64,000 bases of DNA from Cycas panzhihuaensis (lineage: Eukaryota; Plantae; Cycadophyta): NCBI GenBank assembly GCA_023213395.1, contig CM041465.1, positions 110,057,741 through 110,121,740 of the forward strand. Reading direction: 5' to 3'. Of the stretch, positions 1-12,150 are shown piece by piece (position 1 is the stretch's first letter; every line of letters starts with the position of its first letter). The notes under the pieces are model-generated. The model was not told the DNA's origin, did not search any database, and saw only the letters and a list, made by a program, of their open reading frames with translations. Position numbers and translations under genes: made by a program.

Positions 1-1106
1 ACAATTGATTGCATTTTTAGTGTAACTAAAAGTATGATGAAATATAAAGTAAAAGTTTTATTATTTAATTATATAAATTAAATTTTATGAAGAAATCTTG
101 AATTAAAATGACTTAATTAATTAAAAAAATGAGTCTATAAGGGGTGAAAACTTAAGCACATATCTAAAAATAATAAATAAGTGATAATCTTAAATATAAA
201 ATCAAGAGAAAAAGATTGAAACAAGAAAATATTTTAAGAAGAAAAGGCGTGTCTTAATGGTCTTAAAGGTGGGATTATGTAGTTATAGTTTCAGTCATCA
301 GTAACTAAAACATAATTGTATAATCATAATCATCCAATATAAATAATTTACAAGATATATGATACCACATTTTACTAAAACTAAATATTATCTAATACAA
401 CACAAAATGACTTCAAATTAATAGATTAAATATAGATTAAACAAGATACTTATTCATGAAATACATGAAGATCAATTAAGGGCCAAGTTTTGGTAAAATA
501 TTTGTCCCCCTTAGCAACTAAATCTCCTACTTTAAGATAAAAGAAGGATGGTGAGAGGTGATAATAACTCACAATAAAGGTTTTCTCAAAAGGTGAAGGA
601 TTTGAATGAGGTATGTGGATGATTGAAAACTAGTCTAAAAAACATTACCAAAGTTAAACTAAAATGAATCTTGACTTCACTAAAATGATAAACTAAAGAT
701 ATTATCAAAATACCTATCAAATGGATAAGGATTAAAAAGTACAATATCATAAGATTGTCCATAGCCAAGATGGGGTTTAGTATCCTTTTTCACTTGAAAC
801 AACTGCTAATAACATCTATAAACTAGGCAGGGCTTATACTTACTCAATTGAGAATAACACTAAAAATGTCCATAAACTACATGGAGTTTAGTAACTTAAA
901 TCATCATAGTTTATCTCTCATTAACCAAATATACAAGGAAAGTTCCTTTGCTAGAGCATAGAGGATGGACTGTCATAGTTTTTGGTCTCATTAACATATG
1001 ACTTTTCAAAGCCTAAGTCTACCATAGTTTGAGCTTATTAGTAGGTGATTTTTTGGAGTCTTACATTACAGTTATAGCTTATTAATGGGTAAAAAGGGTT
1101 TAGAGC

Positions 1107-2499
1107 TAAAAGCATGCCTACGGGAGATCACTATAGATGGGGTACTCTAGACAAATTCTAAGGTTATAACAAAGGTTTAGAGATCTCAAGGAAATATAGA
1201 TCACCCTCAAAGGGATGCCTACACATTAGAACATAGGTTCAAGGACCTCCAAATCATGTGTTATTCTCCTATTTCCCTTAGATACCTCTCTTGATTTGAA
1301 TAAGATAACAAGGTATCTTTGGGCTACCAAATAGCATAAATAGAGCTCTTCTATACTTAGAGGGAGAAAAGAGGAGCCATATCTCTTTTTGGAAAAGGAG
1401 ATAAGCAAAGAAGAAGTAGAGTGATAATGAAATGAGAGGCAATTCTAACAAGCCTACTTAGAATTTAGAAGTTTGTCATCAAAGGGGTAGGTTTTTTAGT
1501 GTTGAGATCACAATAAGGAGGCAATGTTATAACCATCCAAAAGCAACTAAGTCGCAAACTCTTCTTTTATAACAAGAATACTAGGATGGTGAGGGCATGT
1601 AAAGAAAGAAGAGTAGGAGAAAGTTGCAGATATCTTATGGCGACTGAGTTACAAGTTTTTCTTGGGCTTCCAAAAAGAATGAAATATTATTTTGAGTTTA
1701 TGGTTTCTATGTTGTTAGGATATGGTTTGGTCTCTTTTGTGTATTTAGAGTAAAGTTCTAGTCTTGTGCAAGGATGATTGCTGCCAAAGAAATGAAATAT
1801 ATAAAAGACTAAAATAAGTATATAAAACAAATATGCAACTTCCCCTTCTTGGTCCCCTCATTCTCTTTTACCTCTAGATGAGTGCAATGAGGCTAAAATA
1901 TGGAAGGAGGAAAGGGAAAGGTGTAATTACATGAGTACACCTTCTCTTAGGTAAGAGGGGGATTGACTTCCTTTAGGTAATGAAGGATCTAATAGATATT
2001 CCTGAAATGCATGCAAATGATATGCTCCTTTCTTCTCTTCCATTTTATGGCATGCAACTAAGGAAAACTTGCAATAAGAAAAACTTTAAATTCTTTTTTT
2101 TATTTTATGGAACAAAAGTTATAATGGGACAGAAAGAGAAGAGAGGAAAAGTGTGAAAGGAAGAGTTCACCTGGTTACATTGTTTAGTATCACGTTTTAT
2201 TGCACCTCTAGTTGCCACTCCTCGTAATGCACTCCCACAAGTTGTTAATTATCTTCGCTTCTATTATTTATTGTAAGAGTTATTGGAGCTAGAGGTAGGG
2301 GCTTCCTTACCTTCCCCTAACCTCTAAGTAGGGCTTACTTACCTTTCCTAACTATGGAAAAATGCAAGGAAGAAACAAAAAATAAAATGAAAACAAAACT
2401 TAAACTGAGCAGAATGTTACCTTTTGCAATATGTTGCCTTGATTAGTAAAGAAAGTCTCTAACCTGTAATGCAAGAAAAATGACGCTTCCCACAAGAAA

Positions 2500-2589
<90 letters not shown>

Positions 2590-4427
2590 TGTATGTATGT
2601 ATGTATATGTATATGTATATGTGTATATGTATCTTGGTAAAATAAAGTCAGTGTATCTATTTGTAAGCCAAAAAAAAGAAAGAAATACAATATTTTATAT
2701 TCCTTATTTACTATTTTTGTATGCAACAATCAAAACAAATATATAAGGGAGAGGATAAGGGTATTGCCTCGTGATGGAAAGCTCCTCTATATGGTGATGA
2801 ATCCTTATGAACTATGAGTAGCTCATTTGGCTAGGTGTTGCAAATGAATACAAGGTTAATGGATGTTTGTATAGGCCTCACAATGGATAAAATCCCAAAA
2901 CTAATGGTGGAAATGTTAGGAAAGATGCCTCAAAGTATGAGGGAGGGGATTACCCAAGTGAGAGGCAAGTTTAGGAGTTATAACTCTAGCCTATAAACCT
3001 CATCAAAAGCTCCCTTGGCTTGGTTTAGCCTCCCTATTTTCACAGGCTAGCAGATTTTGTCTATGAGGAAGGGATTGGTAATAAAATGGAGGTGTTACCT
3101 CCTTGTTTTGAGTAAAAATGACTCTAAAACTAAATAAAATCAATCCAAACCCATAGATTTAGAGTTGCATACATGAGAAAGCAAGGTAGAGCCATCAAAT
3201 GGGAGATTCTAATAAGGAGAAACCAACAAAAGTAGATTTTTCATACAAACTTGGCAATTATAGATGAAGAGCAACTATTGAAAGGAAGAAACTTGTAAAT
3301 TTTATGGAAGAGAAGAGGAATTCTTTGGTCATTTGACTACTTGGAGGATCCTCCTAGCTTCCCTTATATTGATCTTCCTTTGCCTAAGCTACTCTTGGGC
3401 TATTTTTTTTGTTGTGGATGAAGCTTGTGAATTTTGTGTATTGGAGAGAGTGGAAGAGAGTTGGAGAGTAGATGCTTAGAGAGAGCTTGATTCATGCCAA
3501 AGGTTCCTAAAATGAGTTTGAATTTCAGTTTTTGTTTGTCTAGTGAGGCCTCAAGACCATTGGGGCCCAATTTAGGCTAGTCCTAAGGTGAGATCATGTG
3601 TTTCCTAGCAATTAATTGTGAGAATTAGCCATTTCTGGTTGTGGATTAATTGTATAATAATCACCCCATGAAAATAATTGAGACATCACTAATATATTCA
3701 TGGTCCCACGAATATAATAGCAGGGCACAAATATCAAAGTTGTGCAGACAGAAATTATAGTGGGGTAGCAACAAAATTATAAAAATAATAAAAACCAGTG
3801 AGTATCAATAAGAAAGGGGGGGAGAACTCCATAGAAAAGACCTATAATGCCTCCCTAAAGGTCTAAACATCAATCTAGGGCCATCCTATACACTAACAAC
3901 TAACAAAAATGCATAATAGAGTCATCAAACTAGGGTCAGAACCTTGTGGGGATGATGACAACCAAGGTGCCAAAGTATGGATGGTGATTAGGTAGTGAAT
4001 CCTAGTGAGATACATAAGGAAATCTCATAATATACAAGCATTGGGGTGCGTCTATCTGCTAAAATTCCCCAACAAACTATCCTAGACAGATTAAGTGATA
4101 GATAAAGTAAAGAGAGGAGGGGGAGGATGTGACCAAATGAGCATTGAATGAGTTAAGGAGTGTGTGAGCTAGGCTATGGAGTCCCATGAGCACCTATAAC
4201 TGGGAGGAATATCACCTAGGAGCTATCATGCCATTAGACTAGAGTCCTAGTCATCATGGGTAGAAATTTCATGCATAGGCAAGTTAATTAAACAAGTAAA
4301 TCAACCACCCAGGCAACCATACAAACATCACATATTACAATAACTATAGAAATTATGATAGAGTGCAAGAGATAAAATATATACCTATATGATGGTATCC
4401 CAATCCATTCTCACTAGGTAGTAAACA
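1107..4427 (-). repeat. 3' LTR of element A
   Basis: 1107-1425 aligns with 16983-17302 and 1427-4415 aligns with 31405-34295. The - strand start TGTTTAC resembles the TGTTTCC start of element B's LTR. Confidence 0.9.
2504..2631. repeat. Compound microsatellite (TA)n-(TGTA)n-(TATATG)n inside the LTR
   Basis: Directly visible. Confidence 0.98.
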
Positions 4428-4440
4428 CTACCTCCTTAGT
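4428..4440 (-). other. Polypurine tract of element A
   Basis: - strand reads actaaggaggtag immediately before the LTR-start TG. Confidence 0.6.
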
Positions 4441-5046
4441 AGTAGAACCTCATCACTTAGAAGCATTACATGATGGCAAATATTGTGAATAGAATCTCAT
4501 TAGTAATAGTATATAAAGCATATATGTTGGTAACCAAGGTGAGTAGCAAGTGTCATAATAGATCAAATGGATGGAAAACATATGTTTAAGCGAGGAAGAG
4601 GAGGTATGGCTTGGTTGATCCTTATGGTATAGAGCCCTAGACCTAAAACATATAAGAGATGATAGAAAGGTGACCTAGGAGTTACCCATGATAACACCTA
4701 GGTAGGTTGTATAACCCTAAAAAATAGGATGGGACTAGAATCCCTATAGAAAAAAATAGAGTAGTAGTGAGGGAGAAGGAGATGAGGGGATGCCCCATCA
4801 CCTTCACATATAAGGTCAACATAATATAAACACAATCTAGGAATAATATAAAGATCATCTAGAAAGATATAAACATAATCTATAAGCATGTAAAAACTGT
4901 ACCATGAGTGATACGAGAGCCAAGTAGAGAGACAAACCTTCAGTCACCATAGTTTAACCTCTTTAGTGGCCTACTTTCAGAGGTATAAGAGTGGTCAAAA
5001 TAAGGAAAGGATGATAATCCAAAGGTTTATATGAGGAGCCAACCTG

Positions 5047-5476
5047 TTAGGTTATGAGGGAAGGATCATCTAAGAGAGGGAGATGATGCTCAAGAATGAG
5101 GAAAACTAGGCTATCAGCTTCAACATTTTGGTCATGAGGGATATGCCAGATGTCCATCATAGGGAGAGGATAAAAGTGACCTAATAGTCAAGGTGAGGGA
5201 CCTCAATCGAGGATAGAGGACTTAGTAGACTTGAGTTAGTTACAACACCATGATTTAAGAGTCATAAAACAAGATAATGGGGTTGTGGTAGAAGTGAATC
5301 ATATCGGTGAGTGCCTATATAATGATAATATATTCTGCTTCATTATTCATGGCCTCAGGTAGGTACATCCCAAAATGTATGAGGTCATGCTTGAAAGGAT
5401 CATAGATGATCCAAGAAGTTGCAAAGGGTCCCAAGTTGTCACAACTACCATTGTCAATGTAGATGAGGAGGGCCAT
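5047..5476 (-). pseudogene. Stand-alone archaeal-type RNase H (aRH) ORF of element A, decayed
   Basis: Manual translation: MALLIYIDNGSCDNLGPFATSWIIYDP...EAMNNEAEYIIII*AL...LFYDS*IMV...(frameshift)...IWHIPHDQNVEADSL. This matches the aRH/RVT_3 motifs DG.SRGNPG, TNNEAEY, DSQL, HIPR..N..AD.L. Confidence 0.85.
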
Positions 5477-6653
5477 TGCATAGGAGAAGAGATAGAACTT
5501 GTGAAAAAAAGTAGATAAGGAGTGTACAAAGTAAAAGAAAGGTGGAGAAGTAGGGCTTAATTACTCAAAACAACTCAAAAAGGTGATCATAATAAGATAG
5601 GAGAGCCCTATGAGTAGTCTACTAGGCTAAGGGAAGGCTTGCCCTATGGAAGGAGAAGAGTCATTAGGGGCTAAGCCTACTACAAGGTTGCAAAGTTGGT
5701 ACTGAACCAACAAGGGGGCTATAATAGGGGAAAACTCTCATTAGGAGCTCCAATGAGCTAAAATAATTACAAAAATAGACCCAACATACCAAATGAGTCT
5801 GTAGAGTATAAACACTAATAGTGTTTTAGGCAACCAGGAAAAGAGGGGAAAAGGGCTCATGTAGGAGACAAAAAGGGCATCATAAATATGTGAAACAACT
5901 AGAAAAATGGGTGCTTAGAAGGGTAATTGAGTCAAAGCTCTGAATGGATTGTGGATAAGATTAAAACAATGATCACAATGGTTCTTCTATGATGAGAAAA
6001 GGGTTTAGTGCCCTCGGTAGCCCTACTAATAAAATGGGTAGATGTGTGAAAATGGGATTCACTTTCATGCCCTCACCATCATATTTGGAGAGAGACCCTC
6101 TTGCTACCTTGGTTCACCCTTAGTCATACATGTCACAGAGGAGATCTAGTTGTTGGATCATCATGCAAAGATAGTCTATAGGACCAAATTTGCATGATGG
6201 TAGCGATCAGGATAGACTCGATATGTCGATCTAGACCTAGTCTTAGTATTTTGTTATTTTATTTTATGACTTTTAATGGCTAGGTAGAGCTCCTTATGGG
6301 ATTTTCAGGGTTGTTAAGACCCTAATTTAGGATCTGAAAGAGGATGGACAAGGGTATTAGGGAGCCCTAGTCTTAGTGGACCAGTCTTGGTCCAACAAAC
6401 TGAATTTTCTTTTTTAGTTTATTTCTTATTTTTTGAATTTTAAATAGGGCTAACTCTACCCTATGAACTTGTTCATAGTGCCATGAACATTGTAGTGGGG
6501 CACTTGGTACCCTCGTGGGGCTTGCTGATATATTTATAGTACTACAAAAATATTAGCACGATAAGAATGGGATGAAGAAAAAAAGAAAACTCATTTAAAT
6601 TTTAATTCCTACCTGATTTCTATTATATTTTGTTGATCTGGGAGAGATCTTAA

Positions 6654-7806
6654 TTGATAGGAGGGGTGAGAGACCGACCAATGTTATCTTGTTTGGATGT
6701 TTGGTACCTCATTATCACAGTGGATAACTGTGAGAATAAGGGCTCCCCGATGATAGGTTTTGTCACACTGATAGATCTATGTAAGCAAGCCATCTTGAGG
6801 AGATGTAGGCTACTGAAGCTCATCCAGACGTTGTAGTATACCTCAAACTAGGGTCTAGTACTAAACATCATATCACATTAGGACCAAAGGAGACATATCT
6901 TCCACCTTCCACTAGTACAAGATATTACGATCATACTTGCGGATGTTAGGTGGATCCTGAGAATGTTAGCAAGTGGTGTGATGGTAGTGTTGGGGATACT
7001 ACCCAATATGGATGTCGTGCACCACAAGGAAACTTTATTTTTCACTAGTAGGGGATATTAGTCTTAGAGAGGGATTTCGCTTTGAGTGATAGTTATGTCT
7101 AGCATTCCTCATATGATGAAGTTGATTATTTTAGCTATTCTATTCTAGATTTTCCAAAAACATAATTACAAGGAGATTCCCAATGGATGGATGACTACCA
7201 TTTGGAGGTGTGAGGTGAGGGATCATTTCAATTAGGTTGCACTAATAGTGGCTAACCTCATAGCTCAGTTGGATCAGATTCGAGTGGTGGGACAAGGAGG
7301 ACTTTCTTTCTACTCATTGCTTTAGTGTTGGTCATTCAACCACTTTAGGGGAGTGGCACCAGCAATAGGACCACAACTGATTGTAGCTACTGTCCCTATG
7401 ATCCACAGATAGCAGACATGCTTTTAAAGTGTAGGAGAGTTATCCCATGTTAGATGATCAGTAGCTACCACATCTCTAGATCTCCTCATAGTTGACGAGT
7501 ATACATAGGATCCCTATCACACCATATACTGGGTGAGTGACACAAAGGAGGGAGGGGCAGGAGGGGCCTCAATAGAGGAGGTAGGAGAAGAGGAGAATGA
7601 TGGAGTAGCTACTAACGGCTCTGAGGAGGATGAAACACCAACAGTTGTAGAAAATGCAGTCTTAGCCACTAGAGGAGTAGGGATCCTTGGGGTCAAGGAG
7701 ATAGAGGGAGGTAATATGCCTACTACTCTAGGAGAGATAGGAGTAGGGGAGGCAGTAACTGCAAGAGAGGGTGCAGTAGTTGGAGAGGTCCTAATGATCC
7801 AAGGAG
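6654..7806 (+). pseudogene. Antisense plant mobile domain (PMD, PF10536-like) exon with an acidic Gly/Glu-rich tail, element A
   Basis: One frame links ORFs 6654 and 7533 through stops: ..ISH*DQRRHIFHLPLVQDITIILADVRWIL..HFN*VALIVANL..LL*CWSFNHF..HR*..LDLL..YT*DPY. These correspond to PMD motifs W..T.TFHLP.GE.TITL.DV..IL, W..A.LA.L, LLQ.W, RW, LD.L...W.PY. Confidence 0.78.
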
Positions 7807-7950
7807 GTAAGATCTCCCATTTTCCTTAGCTTAGAACTTAATTTAGTTATCTCTTTTTATGGTTTTTATTTATTATGTTTTATGCATCATAAATATTGGT
7901 GGATTTGTTATGTATCCTACACTAACATCTTTGATATATGTGGCTAGTAG
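7807..7950 (+). other. Putative spliceosomal intron in the antisense PMD gene
   Basis: G|GTAAGA donor, AT-rich body, CTAAC at 7922-7926, TAG|G acceptor. The phase-1 join gives an open frame (GGDDMEGLVIQVV...). Confidence 0.68.
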
Positions 7951-8555
7951 GTGGAGATGATATGGAGGGGTTGGTCATACAGGTGGTTGTTAAGCTCTTC
8001 TTGCATATATACAAGGAGGGACAACCTCCTATCATTGGTGATGAGCGGTCAAGGTCAATAATATAACACACAATGGCATTTTCTCCCCTCACATGGGTGT
8101 AAGATATATGGGCTGTGAAGGCCCAAGAGTAACACGTGAGGGAGGACCAGCTTCAAGGTGAGAGAGATCAGCTCCTAGGAGAGAGGGACTAGCTATAAGC
8201 CTTGGTGTAGGTGTTAGAGATCTAAGGAGGATCTCAGGATTCTAGAGATGATGTGAGGACCACCATGCTTAAGGAGAGGCTTTATGGGATGTAGAGATAG
8301 CAAGACCAGCTATTGCATGAGAGGGATTGATTATTAGGTAATAGGGACCAACTATAGGAGAGGTTTGATTGTCTAGTCGATCAAATGGATGCCTAGTCCT
8401 TATTCACTAGGATAAACACATTGGCACCATCCCAGAGGAGGGTGAGGTATAAGGGGAGTGAGGCTAAGACCTCACAGCAAAGAAGGAGGAGGATCCTAGA
8501 AGGGATGTGGTCTCTAAGCAAGGGCTTAGGTAGGCTAGGAGAGGACACACCATGA
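7951..8555 (+). pseudogene. Downstream exon of the antisense gene, coiled-coil-like (ERDQL heptads)
   Basis: After one frameshift: REDQLQGERDQLLGERD*L...QDQLLHERD*LLGNRDQL*ERFD. Confidence 0.6.
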
Positions 8556-9349
8556 GAGAATGGAAACCCCATAAGACCATTGTACTCATGGGTTTTTGAG
8601 AGAGGAAAGCTTCAGACCTCTAGGCGGTCCCTTATTACATACAGATGCATGATTGTATATACCCCTCATAATGATTTTGGCTTTCTTAGGCACATGGTGC
8701 CAACAATTTATACCATCACTCATTTTAGACATATATATACATGGGCCACATTGGTACCCTATTTTGACATATTATGCTTATTTTTTTGATTATGGATGTA
8801 GAGATCATTGTATAAATTGATTCATATTTTGCTTTAACATGTACATATATATGTTTTACTTGGATGCTCTCTTTTATGCAACATGCACTCGCACCAGGCA
8901 CACATGATCACCCTATGCAGTAGGTGACCTCATATGAAACTAGGGCAAAGGGATCATGCATGTCCCTCAAATGGGACATGGGGATCCTACTAAGAAAGTG
9001 ACGAGGTGGGCATGAATACCCCAATAAATAATCAAAGTGGAGATATGGACTATCCCCAAGGGCTTTCCAAGTAGTAGCTCATGCTCGAAAGCAAAACTAA
9101 GGTGTGTCCTTGGATGAAATCTTAACCATAGGTGTGGTGATAAATTGATATAACTAAGAAATTACTACTATATAGATAAAAGGGGGTGCTTTGTTGTTGA
9201 AAGGGGGATAAGAAGCTCCTTTAGAAAGGGGCGTGGCTTCCTTGTCAATACACTAAGTGACCCAAGACCTAAACATACACCATGCCCCCAATACATAGGT
9301 GTGGTGAAGCATTTGGGAGGTAGTTTAGGCTCATTTTAGAGTAAAGGAA

Positions 9350-12150
9350 GGATGTCCATTCTACATGTTATTTATAGCTTTGTCAAATTCAATCCCTTCT
9401 AATGTCACCATCCTATATACGCCATTGTCGAGGTTCTCAAGAATAATGAAGGGACCTAGTCATTTGGGGTTGAACTTGGATAGTTGATCATAGAGGTATT
9501 CTAGTTTAAAGATTTAATCCCTAGGGTTTAGAGGGTGAGGACGTAGATATTTATCATACATACTTCTTTCCCTAGCCTTGGAAGTGAGGTTTCCTTGGTA
9601 CATAGCTAAGCATTTCTTATCTAGAGCTTCAAGGTCTAGGACATGAGCCTAGCAACATAACTCCTCATTAATGAGATCCCTAAGGGAAACTCTTAAGGAG
9701 GTCATCTCGACTTCTAGGGGGAGGATCACTTCATTCTTGTAAACGAAGGAGAATAGGGTCATCCTAGTTGTAGTACAAATAGAAGTACGATAGGACCACA
9801 GGGCAAAATGAAACTAAAGATACCAATCCTTTTGGGAGTGGACCACTGCCTTCTTTAAAATATTGATAAGAGTCTTGTTAAATGACTTAATTTGGCCATT
9901 GGCCTAGGGTAGTGAGGAGATGAGATCTTGTGAGATATCTTGAATTTCTCACAGAGTTTGTCCATCTCATTATTGTGAAAAGGAGTTCCATTATCTATGA
10001 TTAGGATATATGTGACTCTGAATTAATAGATAATGGGCTAGTAAACAAAAGTGGCAATGGTATTGCTAGTAGTGGATGATAGTAGGATTGCTTTATCCCA
10101 TTTGGTAAAGTATTCTATTGCCATCAAGATGAATTTATGTTGAGAGGATGAAGGTGGAGTGATGGCCCCAATGAGGTCTAATCCCCATTAGGAGAAAGGC
10201 CATGGGGAGATAATAGGATTGAGGACCTTGAAAAGCAAACAGATCATGTTGGTATGCTCTTGGCACTTGTAATAACATTACACATAAGCATTGGTATCCT
10301 TGAAGAGGGATGGCCAATAACAACCCATATGGAGGATCCTTTAGGCCATGTATTGGCCCCCCAAAATGGCCTCCACAAATGCCACTATGACACTTATGGA
10401 GGATTTGGTTTTCTTTGTTAGGGTTACATAATAGAAGAGGACTCCATTGAAGGATCTCTTATATAACACTTCCTCTATGAGGAAGTGTTATCTGGTAGTA
10501 GCTCTAATGTGCGACTTTACTTTGTTACTAGATTGAGAAGGATATTACTACTTGGTGAGATATTATATAATATGTTCATACCATTCACTATTTTCTAGTA
10601 GATGGGGAGATGAATCTTAGAGGGCCAGGATGAACTCATTAGGTAATGAATCATTAACTAGGAGGTTTGAGGGATTGAGAATGGGGGAATCAGCTAGTTA
10701 CTCGATAACCACCATTCCCTTCTTCGATTTCCTATTGATAATCTTGAGGTTCTACTCTTAGAGGAGGATGGCCCATTTTCCTATCCTCCCAATCAAGTTG
10801 GATTGGGTTAATAGGTACCTCAATAAATCAGATTGGATGATTATGTAGGTGGTGTTTCCTAGGATGTAATGCCTAAACTTCTTGGCTATATGGACTAAGT
10901 CTAGACATTCCTTTTCAGTAGGAGGGTAGTTTAGCGCAGCTGACACTAGTATGGAACTAATGAAATATATAGATCTCTTGGTCCCAAAGTCATCTTCTTA
11001 CATGCCTCCTAAGTACTCATTGATGGCTAAGGTATATAAGATAAATGGGCGATCAAAGAGAGGGTATGCCAAAATAAGGGTAGAGACTAAGGCTATTTTG
11101 AGCTCCTGGAATGCCTCCCAAGCCTTAGAGGACCATATAAATAAGGGCCCCTTTTTAAAAAGGTTAGTTAGGGGTTTGGCATTTATGGTGAAGTCTTCTA
11201 AGAAATGCCTCAAGAAACCTAATCTACCTAAAAATGACTTAATTTAATGTTGTATTTTTTGAGGGGATATGTCAAGGATGGATTTGACCTTATTAAGGTC
11301 AATTTGGATCCCTTGTTTAGATATAAGGAAACCTAAGAGCTTATCGGTAGTCATGGAAAACATGCATTTAAGTGAGTTTAGGCTAATATGGTATTTGTAG
11401 CACCTTGTAAAGATAGCACACAAGTTTACAGGGTGTTTGGTCCTCTTACGGGAGAGGCCCATCATGTCGTCCATGAAGACCTCGAGGGTTTTATTTATGA
11501 GGTCATGGAAGATGAACTATATTACCTTTTGATAAGTGGAACCTACATTCTTTAATTCAAAAGGGCATTGCCTTGTAGGTAAATGTGCCCCATAGGGTAG
11601 TGAAAGCCATCTTGTGATGGACTTGAGGGGACATTTGGATCTAGTTCTATCTGGAGAAATTGTATATTAAAGACATGACTTTAAAACCTATCATTCGATC
11701 AATGATTTGATCAATGAATGACAAGGAGAATTTATCTTTGGGACATGCATTGTTTATGTCCTAGAAGTTGACAGAAATTCAAATTATCCTATTTTTCTTG
11801 GCAACTGAAATGATATTGGATACTTATTTAGGATAATTGATGGAAGTAATTAGCCCTACATCTACAAGCTTCTCTACTTCCATCTGTATGGTGATAGAGA
11901 GTTTATGATAGAGATGACATTATTTTTGCTGCATAGGGTAGGCACCCAGAATGGTTGTAAGGTTATGAGTAATAATGGAGGAGTTTATTCCTTTCTGTTT
12001 GAGTAGTCGCACATGAAGACGTCATAGAACTCTTGAAATAGGAGGACGTACTCCTCCATTTCTTTAGGTGTACACTCTGCTACTACTTTGATGACCTTAC
12101 CAAGGGTGAGGACGATGCCCTTAATTTCCCCTATGCACATGGTATTCCCC
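9350..12150 (-). pseudogene. pol: RT-RNase H-integrase of element A
   Basis: VFMDD at 11466-11477; ORFs 10758, 10998 and 11244 carry RT/RH motifs (LNYPPTEKECL, KFRHYILG); integrase core and a KF.PKW.GPF motif near 9450-9480. Confidence 0.93.

Noticed and set aside
1-900. Possible host promoter or gene in the AT-rich start
   Set aside because: No recognisable coding or structural signal; left unassigned.
2400-2746. ORFs with YI/HT/VCMY repeats
   Set aside because: Translations of the microsatellite; not genes.
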